From a virus (taxonomy: Duplodnaviria > Caudoviricetes): 64,000 bases of DNA. This document shows, piece by piece, positions 53,638 to 61,209 of this stretch (position 1 is its first letter; each line of letters starts with the position of its first letter). The notes beneath the pieces are model-generated. The model had not been told where the DNA came from. It did not search any database and saw only the letters and a list, made by a program, of their open reading frames with translations. The stretch lies in IMG/VR virus record IMGVR_UViG_3300020598_000119, one strand, 5' to 3'. Made by a program: the position numbers and the translations under genes.

Positions 53638-55068
53638 ATGATTGCGCTTTTGATCATCGTGATTGTTACCATAAGCCTTGCCGCAGGCATTGGTTACAGC
53701 ATCTTTTCCCTTATTAAATCGGGAGAAGTTTCGCTTGGCATTCAAAAGACTCAAGCGCAAATGCTTCAAATGAGCCATATGATTGGCGGGAGCCTTCAAA
53801 CTCATGATGGCAAGATCATGATTCCCGTTGAATTGACGAACGGCGCTGTCTCGAATGAAGTACCTTCATTCATCCCTTTCCGCCGCACCGCCTACGATAA
53901 AAAGATCACCTATTGCGCCGTGGCACCGACTGGAGCACAGGGCGCTTACGCCTTCGAAGCAGCTAATGGTAGAGACTATATAACCGAAGGAGCACCGCCC
54001 AGCCTGGCTCCAGAAATCCTGACGGCAATCCGAAACGCCAATGTGGTTGCCTATCTGCTTGCTCCTGCGCCGAATACCGAAACTGACCTCGTATGTACTG
54101 AAGTGTCCCTTGGCTCCAGTGGCACGTTCAATCTGACTGCAAACGGTGGGTTCGCGATGCCCATCTTCGGTACCGTAAAAGGCAACACTACGATTGATGT
54201 GAATTCGGCCGAGGAACTGACCGACGCGCTCAACAACATTGCCTACAATCGCCCATCCGACTCCACGATCAATCTGAAGACGGACGTCAACGTCACGACC
54301 AACGAAATCAATAATGTCACCAACCAGCTCGACGGTAGGCGCATTTCTATTGTCAACAAAAGTGGGAGTAGCAATCTGACCTTTACCGGAACAGTTACTC
54401 CGATAGAGATTACGGGCGACGTAAAGTTTGAAAACGTGAAAATGAGAGGAGACCACCTCCCAGCTCTGAATGTGAAGCCAAAAGGCATTCTCGACATCAT
54501 CAACTCAGAAGTCGGACCTATCACGAACGACCTAGGCACGGTTCTGATCGGAGAAAACAGTTTCGTATATGGCACAGCGTCGGCGACGCCTGTGAGCATC
54601 GCAGGCGGAACCGTGAAGATACACCAGACGGCGACAGTCGCTCCTTTGGCCTCGCCAGTCTTCAAGATCAACGGAGGCATGCTCTACGTGAGTGGCAGGC
54701 CGAACATAATGATCACAGCCTCATCCTCTATAACCGATTTCGCTCGGGACACGGTATCGGTTAGTGGCGGAGGCCGGATTGAAGGCAATCAGAACGAAAT
54801 CTCTTTCGCAATCACTGGATCTGCAACCCCATCGGTTACGCTCAGTCCGCTTCCGGAAGTGTCGACGTCCTGCTCTGGTGCGGAATGCGTAGCTACCTGT
54901 AGCGCATATGGCCCCACAGCAAAGGTCGTGGCTGGCAGTTGCTCGGCCGCAGGTAGCGAGCCACTGATTGGCTCGAAACTTGACCGTGATACACAGTCCT
55001 ATTCTTGTTCCTGGGCAATCAATCCGTCTGCAGGCTCCCATCGGGCGACCGCAATCTGCGCATACTGA
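53638..55068 (+). CDS. Large pilin-like / pilus adhesin candidate
   Basis: N-terminal hydrophobic pilin-like helix starting at Met1, beta-rich middle, Cys-rich C-terminal domain. Confidence 0.65.
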   Translation: MIALLIIVIVTISLAAGIGYSIFSLIKSGEVSLGIQKTQAQMLQMSHMIGGSLQTHDGKIMIPVELTNGAVSNEVPSFIPFRRTAYDKKITYCAVAPTGAQGAYAFEAANGRDYITEGAPPSLAPEILTAIRNANVVAYLLAPAPNTETDLVCTEVSLGSSGTFNLTANGGFAMPIFGTVKGNTTIDVNSAEELTDALNNIAYNRPSDSTINLKTDVNVTTNEINNVTNQLDGRRISIVNKSGSSNLTFTGTVTPIEITGDVKFENVKMRGDHLPALNVKPKGILDIINSEVGPITNDLGTVLIGENSFVYGTASATPVSIAGGTVKIHQTATVAPLASPVFKINGGMLYVSGRPNIMITASSSITDFARDTVSVSGGGRIEGNQNEISFAITGSATPSVTLSPLPEVSTSCSGAECVATCSAYGPTAKVVAGSCSAAGSEPLIGSKLDRDTQSYSCSWAINPSAGSHRATAICAY

Positions 55069-55069
55069 A

Positions 55070-55400
55070 AACAAAAGGGCTGTGGTCCAACCGCCCTTTA
55101 TACCTCCCCATCAGTCGAGCACGCGGATACGCCGACCCTCCGCGCTACAAACCAATTCCTGAAGCACTCTGGTTGAAACCATTATCCGTGGAAACGCTGG
55201 CGGATTGACAACCGACCGCAGCTCACATCGTTCGTCGCGGGAATGTTTTGGCTTCCGAGTGCTTAAGGAGTCATACCCGACAAGCTTGGAAACATAAAAG
55301 GAGCTAAACCTCTCAGCCAGCTCCTTTAAGCAATGAGTCCTATCAACCGTCCCGCTTGGATTACTTGAAGTGACAGGGAGAACCCCTCTGTCGATATCTC
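55070..55400 (-). ncRNA. Candidate structured non-coding RNA
   Basis: ORF-poor interval with many stems, a U-tailed terminator on the minus strand and a promoter-like TTGGTA-N17-TATGCC upstream. Confidence 0.45.
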
Positions 55401-55456
55401 AGTGGCATACAAGTAAAATGTCTAAATACCAACCCAATGAAGAAATAATAACAAAC

Positions 55457-55484
55457 AAAAAGGCAGGTTAAAATGACCTGCCTT
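55457..55484 (-). terminator. Terminator after pilin-like gene
   Basis: aaggcaggt-taaaatg-acctgcctt with A-tract (U-tail on the minus strand). Confidence 0.7.
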
Positions 55485-55496
55485 ACATAATCAAAC

Positions 55497-55982
55497 TTAG
55501 TTGATAAGCTGACAAACTGGCCATGATTTATATTTATTGGCCAAAATCTCTTCAGGAGTTCCCGCCGCTCCCGAGCATGGTGGGCAACCCTTGTAGGGTT
55601 CGCTTGCCAAATCCGCTACGCTAATGTCATGTCCTGCAACTCGATTCATTGAGGAACACTCGTCAATAGTTTGGTTTTTGATCGGTCGTGAAAGAGTCTG
55701 AGGATTCACCGTCCACTCGCCAGCTGGAACTTCCTTCAAATATTTATTATCCACCAGAAACTGAAGCAATTCTTCATTCTCAAGGTTTGAAGGCGGATAC
55801 ATTGCGTGATCGTTAAAATATAGACGCAACGCACCTTCAATTTGCGAACCAGTATTCATGTTACCAGCATAATCAGCACGGATTTTCGCATCCGAATGCG
55901 CTCCTCCGCCATAATACATTGCTGCGAGGACCAACAGACCTAGAAGAAAAATGGCTATAACTGCGGCTATCAGCTGAAACAT
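55497..55982 (-). CDS. Pilin-like protein (leaderless)
   Basis: MFQLIAAVIAIFLLGLLVLAAMYYGG...QIEGA..LY..D; Cys-containing C-terminus; paralog of 56079-56588; aagga RBS. Confidence 0.8.
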   Translation of the reverse strand: MFQLIAAVIAIFLLGLLVLAAMYYGGGAHSDAKIRADYAGNMNTGSQIEGALRLYFNDHAMYPPSNLENEELLQFLVDNKYLKEVPAGEWTVNPQTLSRPIKNQTIDECSSMNRVAGHDISVADLASEPYKGCPPCSGAAGTPEEILANKYKSWPVCQLIN

Positions 55983-56026
55983 TTTGCTATTCCTTATCTT
56001 ATATAAATAGCACCTCACCTAACAAT

Positions 56027-56062
56027 TTTGGGGAGGGACGGTTTTGCCGACCCTCCCCAAAA
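56027..56062 (-). terminator. Terminator between the two pilin genes
   Basis: tttgggaggg...ccctccccaaaa inverted repeat. Confidence 0.55.
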
Positions 56063-56078
56063 TCCAGCCCAAATCAAA

Positions 56079-56588
56079 TTAGAGCGGGAAACCGAAGTGC
56101 GTAGCGGCAGTACCGTCAGTTGTCGAAGAAACGGTACCAGCAGTGCTGTCAGCAGTTACACAAAGTCCATTTTGCTTCAGAACTTCGCCAGTCTCATCGA
56201 CATCTGCAGTTGCAGCATCATCAGCGCGGCAGAGTTCTGCAGCTGCAGTTCCCTTGAATGCTACTACTGCATAAAGCTTGCCATCAGAGGCTGCCGCAAT
56301 GTTCCATGCCCCATCAGCGATCTTACCAGCAGTTGGAGCCTGAGCAAGGAAGCCACCCGACACAAGATCGTCAATCGGAGTTTCACCAGCACCAGTTGCA
56401 ACAGCAACACCATGCTCAGTCTTGTACAAGGCAGCCGCACCAGCAATCTGCTGTCCCTGGTTGATGAGCGTGGTAACGTTGGCCTTTTCCGAGGACTTCG
56501 TGAATGCGTCGCCGCCGTAGAAAATCGAAGCGATAGCGAGAGCAGCGATAAGGGCGATGGAGATGACGGCTACAATAAGCTGAAACAT
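56079..56588 (-). CDS. Probable major pilin (leaderless)
   Basis: MFQLIVAVISIALIAALAIASIFYGG...NQGQQIAGAAALY...LVSGGFL; Cys pair; ggaagga RBS; own terminator. Confidence 0.82.
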   Translation of the reverse strand: MFQLIVAVISIALIAALAIASIFYGGDAFTKSSEKANVTTLINQGQQIAGAAALYKTEHGVAVATGAGETPIDDLVSGGFLAQAPTAGKIADGAWNIAAASDGKLYAVVAFKGTAAAELCRADDAATADVDETGEVLKQNGLCVTADSTAGTVSSTTDGTAATHFGFPL

Positions 56589-57053
56589 GATTATTCCTTC
56601 CTGAATAGGCTAACAATTAAGCCTGATGATGTTTCTTGCCGGGGCGGTTTCTTTGTTTTTGTCACCCTGACAGCTTAAGAATTCGCCCCATTTTAATCAC
56701 CGTCAAGCGCTCAAATCAGTATTTATATCGCTTCTAAGCCGTTGATTTTGTAAAACATAATCGTCGTCTAAGTTGGTCAACAAATTTCACTTACATTTTT
56801 TTCTGAACATTTCTGTAAAATGACTTTTATCGGCGTTTTTTATCTGGAAAACACGCCGACAGAAACAAATGACCGACCTCGGGTTGCGGCACACGCATTC
56901 CGGCGTTTTCTGATTGAAAAGATATCTTTAAGGCGGATTTTGATCCGCTAAAGGTTCTTGCTGCCTCCTGCCTCTGACTGGACGATGACAATTTGCCATT
57001 TCCGCTATGCAGGCCGACAAACAACAATCGTATGGATCAATCGGAGCTACTCG

Positions 57054-57620
57054 ATGAACAGAAATGCAGGATTTACGCGACCAGGCATACCAGCCGCTCG
57101 TACTCGACACAGCTCCGAGGTCGAAACCAAGATCGAAGAGCTGGCTACAATAATCAGGCCTTTCCTCAAGGACGATTGTTTCGGATGGATTTCTCCATCA
57201 GGAGACATTCATACCGTCCTCAGCCACGGCCATCTTGATTTCTTCGAACACTACAATGGCACCGACAAACCCGAAGACCTCGACATCTATTTTAGCCTGG
57301 CAAAGCAAGATTTGGACGAGAAGGCTGACAAATGGCTGAAGGATGCTGGGGATGCTCATCCCTGTTGGCACATCTTCTCGTGTCATTATTCATTCGAACC
57401 GGGTGACGAAATTCAAAGCGCGTTCTTGGCCAAGGCCTACGAAAAAGGCTGGGGCCGCATTGGAACATTCGACGGCGATAAGATCGAACTAGAATGTTTT
57501 GGCGAATGCAAGCGCGTTCTGCAGCGCCATGCTCAAGAACTGGCAAAAATGACGGGCCGATCTCTTTTGATCACAGTGATAGAACCGCCACCAGAGATAA
57601 AGCAATCATTCGCACCATAA
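57054..57620 (+). CDS. Hypothetical protein
   Basis: GWISPSG..H..GH and GWGRI motifs; start uncertain. Confidence 0.68.
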   Translation: MNRNAGFTRPGIPAARTRHSSEVETKIEELATIIRPFLKDDCFGWISPSGDIHTVLSHGHLDFFEHYNGTDKPEDLDIYFSLAKQDLDEKADKWLKDAGDAHPCWHIFSCHYSFEPGDEIQSAFLAKAYEKGWGRIGTFDGDKIELECFGECKRVLQRHAQELAKMTGRSLLITVIEPPPEIKQSFAP

Positions 57621-57623
57621 ACG

Positions 57624-57651
57624 AAAAAGGAGCCTCTTTTGAAGGCTCCTT
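57624..57651. terminator. Terminator hairpin
   Basis: aaggagcct-cttttga-aggctcctt. Confidence 0.6.
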
Positions 57652-57869
57652 AGACAGGTTTAGACTCTCCCACGTCGTCTTTGACGCAACAGCTCTCATG
57701 AGGGCACCGTGGGCGAGTAATTTTAATTATACCGAGATATTCACTTTTTCAAATGGGAAATACGCGTCGCAGCAGTTGTTGTCGTCGGCCTCAAAGTCCC
57801 GTGTCTGTCTTCTTCAATGTCGCAAACGCAAATCGCCGAGTACCTTGCTTGGGAGATAGGTGCGAAATT

Positions 57870-58323
57870 CTATTTCTTGTTGAGGCGTAGCAACTCTTTG
57901 AGCGCATCAGTCACGTCAACTACGCTATCTGGGCAGACACGTAGCGTCAGGACAGAGGCGGATTCATTTTGCACTGTTGGCGGGTTCCCATATAGGTCTT
58001 CGGGAATCTTCCGTGTAATGCTTACGCATTGTCGCTGCCCGATACATTTCAATGCGACGTCTTGGCGTGTCCTCCAACCCATCAGGGGTCACGTCCTTAA
58101 GCTGAAGGTTTGCTGAGAAGACCCGGTGGTCGCCTCCATAGCTATACGTGCGCTGGATCAGACGATCTTCCTCTTGCGTCGCTGCCGCTGGGCAGCCTAT
58201 CGCCAGGCCAAGTAGCTCAAGCGGCCCTGCAGCGTCTTCCTCCATGCCAGCCTTCGATGGGCTAAGGAATAGCAACGACACCGCGATTGATACAAAGCAC
58301 CCCCTAAGACGCAGCTTGCTCAT
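57870..58323 (-). pseudogene. Frameshifted exported protein (pseudogene or sequencing error)
   Basis: Signal-peptide ORF 57964-58323 and Cys-containing ORF 57870-58082 overlap in different frames and read as N- and C-halves. Confidence 0.5.
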
Positions 58324-58522
58324 TCGACACTCCCCGCGTTAGCTAGATTGTTCCGCACTCTATTCCTTGGCAAGCTTGGCGAACATGCGCCGCTGTTCCT
58401 AACTTGGATGTATTTTTACGAACCCAGCTCCATCCAAAGAGGTAATCGTCGACAAGAACCGAGGCCTTTCCAGAAGTGCTATCCTAATCGACAGGTTCAC
58501 CACCAATGAGGGAGGGTATACA

Positions 58523-59389
58523 ATGCGTCTCGTAGGCGTAGTTCTTTTCTGGTTTTGGCTAGCTTCGACGGCGCTTGGACAAACACCTGATCAATTGCTT
58601 GCGGCAGCAAAGAGTGGAAATTGCCCAGAATCCAACTTCCAGCAGTTTAAGCTTCGTACTTCGAACCACTGCGAGATCAACGAGTGTAAGAAGGGACCAG
58701 GATGGGAACAATGCATGAATGACCACTGGGACAAATTTCAATTGTGTCTCAAAGCCGTTAATGCCGAGAACGAGAAAATCCAGATCTACAACGCTTTCAT
58801 TCTGCAGTGCCAAAACAAGAAAATTGAGCGAGATGTGAAGGCTAACAAAGCGATGGAGGAGGCCAAGCGAAACGCTCGGCCGGACCCGGCTCTCAAATCC
58901 TCGCCAGACCATGCTCCAGACGTAGCCCCGAACAAGAAAACGGATTGGTCTTTGCGAGCTAAAAAGACACAACAGCGCTCGCAGAAAGCAGCCGCCAATA
59001 GGCAGCAAGAAACAGACCAGCTGAGGCAACAGAACCAAGACGCTTTCATGGAAAACAGGCAGAGAGCCGCCGAGGAACAGCGTCAAGAAAACGAGGCATC
59101 GCAGCAGCAGGCGACACGCCCCGTTGTCCCGTACCAAACTGACGGTCAGGGTGGATCATCAGGCCCATGGTATGCGAGTGAATACTGCTCACAAGGCATC
59201 GCTATCATTGAAAACAGGGTCTTTACCGGAAAGGCGTGCGCGTATTGCGACCCTGAAAGTTACCTAGGTGCCCGAAGTGTCGATTGCTCAAGTGAATGGG
59301 GTCAGCGAGAAGCAATCCAAAGGTGTGGACGTTCGCTCGAATTGGATAGCTACAGACGTGGCTCTGGAGGACAATGCCTAGGTCAGTAG
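58523..59389 (+). CDS. Exported Cys-rich protein with central coiled coil
   Basis: Signal peptide; Cys clusters at both ends; Q/E/R-rich middle; ggagg RBS. Confidence 0.78.
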   Translation: MRLVGVVLFWFWLASTALGQTPDQLLAAAKSGNCPESNFQQFKLRTSNHCEINECKKGPGWEQCMNDHWDKFQLCLKAVNAENEKIQIYNAFILQCQNKKIERDVKANKAMEEAKRNARPDPALKSSPDHAPDVAPNKKTDWSLRAKKTQQRSQKAAANRQQETDQLRQQNQDAFMENRQRAAEEQRQENEASQQQATRPVVPYQTDGQGGSSGPWYASEYCSQGIAIIENRVFTGKACAYCDPESYLGARSVDCSSEWGQREAIQRCGRSLELDSYRRGSGGQCLGQ

Positions 59390-59454
59390 GGCAAATACCA
59401 GAAATGGCTTATCATCCCCGCCGTTCGTTCTGCTGATGCTTGCCAGAGGAGAAC

Positions 59455-59505
59455 CACCAACCAACCCAAAAAAACCAAAGTTCCGGTTTTTTGGGTTGGT
59501 TGGTG
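59455..59505. terminator. ~21-bp inverted repeat, likely bidirectional terminator
   Basis: caccaaccaacccaaaaaaacc / ggttttttgggttggttggtg (one bulged A) between convergent genes. Confidence 0.7.
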
Positions 59506-59536
59506 TCTCTTCTAACATCTTGTTTTTACATTTTTT

Positions 59537-60700
59537 TTAAATCCCAGCAGAAAACTGGAGCATCGGCAAAATAACCAAACCGAATAAAAGCGCCCCCGCT
59601 GCCGTCATGAAGAGAGCGGCGACCATCTGTAGGGCTGGGGCAAACGATTTGATGCGGGACATATACATGTCTCGATACTGGCGAGCCAACATGTCCAGCG
59701 TTCTTGCCGTGTCCTCTCGGTCTGTCGAGGAAGATAGCGCGGCACGGTCTGTTGGATGCAAGGTCTCCAATGCGTTAGCCCATGTTTTACCGGTTCTAAT
59801 GAAAATAAGTGATCGCTCGATATCCGTTCTCAATGCTCCTCTTGGCGATCCCTCGGCAGTAAGAGCCAAGGATTCTTCCATGGGAATGCCAGACGCTACT
59901 AGCAACCCGAACTTGTAGAGCACAACATATGCGTTTCGCGAAAGGACGAGATCCTTGTAGTAAGGGACCCTCAGGATCAGCTTATCTGCAAAATCTGGAG
60001 CAAGTGCACGTCCTGCAGTGCCGAGCCAGAGAAAGAGTGCGAAGATTACCAAAATGAAAATTTGAATGCCGCACAGAACCTTGCCAACAGTTTCGATCCA
60101 GTCGACGTTAACCGCATCAGATTGCTTGAACATTGGGTTGTCCGTCACCTGAGGGCCGAAATAATAGACGGAGCTGAGCATGAGAGCCGCAGAAACGATA
60201 AAAGTACCAATTGCCGCTGCAATGTCCTTGGCAGCGCCTTTCTGAATGCCAGATATAAGGTATTCGAACTCGGCGGCGTCGCGCAACGCCTTCCAGGTCT
60301 CACCTCCCTGAACACCTGCCTTCACGAGAGCAGCGGTTGCGACTGGAAAATTTTTGCGGTCATTATCGATTGCATCAGCTAGGGTATTGCCAGCCTCAAG
60401 TTGCGCCATCAGACCTTGAGCACATTTCCGGATGCGGCCTGTAAATGTAGTCGCCATCAAATCCAATGCTCTGGTGACAGGCATCTTCGAGCCAATCATG
60501 GAGGACAAGCGCAACATAAATGTGTTTCGCTCACCTGCGCTCATCCCAGTCGAAAGGTCGAAATTCCAACGACGCTTAACGGAAAGGACTTGGGAACCTT
60601 GCTGAAGTGCCTTTTTTTCGGCCTCTTGGGAATCAAGAGCATCAACCTTGATTGATTTAATCCCCGTGTCCGTCACAACGCGTGCAATAAATACCGCCAT
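59537..60700 (-). CDS. pilC: Type IV pilus inner-membrane platform protein (PilC/GspF family)
   Basis: Two GspF-like repeats (LSSMIGS.MPV..AL; LLVASGIPMEESL) with TM segments; in operon with PilB. Confidence 0.85.
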   Translation of the reverse strand: MAVFIARVVTDTGIKSIKVDALDSQEAEKKALQQGSQVLSVKRRWNFDLSTGMSAGERNTFMLRLSSMIGSKMPVTRALDLMATTFTGRIRKCAQGLMAQLEAGNTLADAIDNDRKNFPVATAALVKAGVQGGETWKALRDAAEFEYLISGIQKGAAKDIAAAIGTFIVSAALMLSSVYYFGPQVTDNPMFKQSDAVNVDWIETVGKVLCGIQIFILVIFALFLWLGTAGRALAPDFADKLILRVPYYKDLVLSRNAYVVLYKFGLLVASGIPMEESLALTAEGSPRGALRTDIERSLIFIRTGKTWANALETLHPTDRAALSSSTDREDTARTLDMLARQYRDMYMSRIKSFAPALQMVAALFMTAAGALLFGLVILPMLQFSAGI

Positions 60701-61209
60701 CAGTTTACCTTAAAGACTAGTGCTATAGAGGGCCTCATAGCGAGATATGGGTAATTAAACCCCACGCTCTCAGTCGTTGCCGTTCCCTGCACTGCATCAA
60801 CACAATTAGTATCAACCTTGATTGTCTGCGACCTGGATAACAAGTTAGCAAATGTCCAAATGCCTCGATCTACCCCGACATTAATCTGGTTAGAAGGAGT
60901 TCGGTAGAGACATAAATGGTCTCCTTCTATTTTCCATTGATAAGGCTGCACGTCACGTGAATATTTCGGAAACTGAGGAATCTTGCCGTTCGGCAAAAAA
61001 CCAACCAATTGATCTATATTTTCTGGCATTAGACCATTATTCACAGACTTGTAATTGAGGACGCCGCTTACAAGTGTCTCATAGTTCGCCCTTACAACAG
61101 CAGCTGTCTCTGTTCTCACACCTATATCGTGGCTATAGTAACTCACTCCGCCAAATACGACGAGAGCCGAGAGTGCGATTGCCATTACAACTACTATCAA
61201 CGCCATCAT
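60700..61209 (-). CDS. Minor pilin-like protein (leaderless)
   Basis: MMALIVVVMAIALSALVVFGGVSYY..., YK..N.G..P; Cys pair; between pilB and pilC. Confidence 0.75.
   Translation of the reverse strand: MMALIVVVMAIALSALVVFGGVSYYSHDIGVRTETAAVVRANYETLVSGVLNYKSVNNGLMPENIDQLVGFLPNGKIPQFPKYSRDVQPYQWKIEGDHLCLYRTPSNQINVGVDRGIWTFANLLSRSQTIKVDTNCVDAVQGTATTESVGFNYPYLAMRPSIALVFKVN

Noticed and set aside
55070-55400. RNase P, tmRNA or 6S identity for the structured region
   Set aside because: GAGGAAAGTCC and other hallmark motifs are absent; kept only as an unclassified candidate.
55982-56018. Upstream extension MRCYLYKIRNSK as a prepilin leader
   Set aside because: It ends in K-M-F rather than G-F, an RBS precedes the internal ATG, and the paralogous pilin has no such extension.
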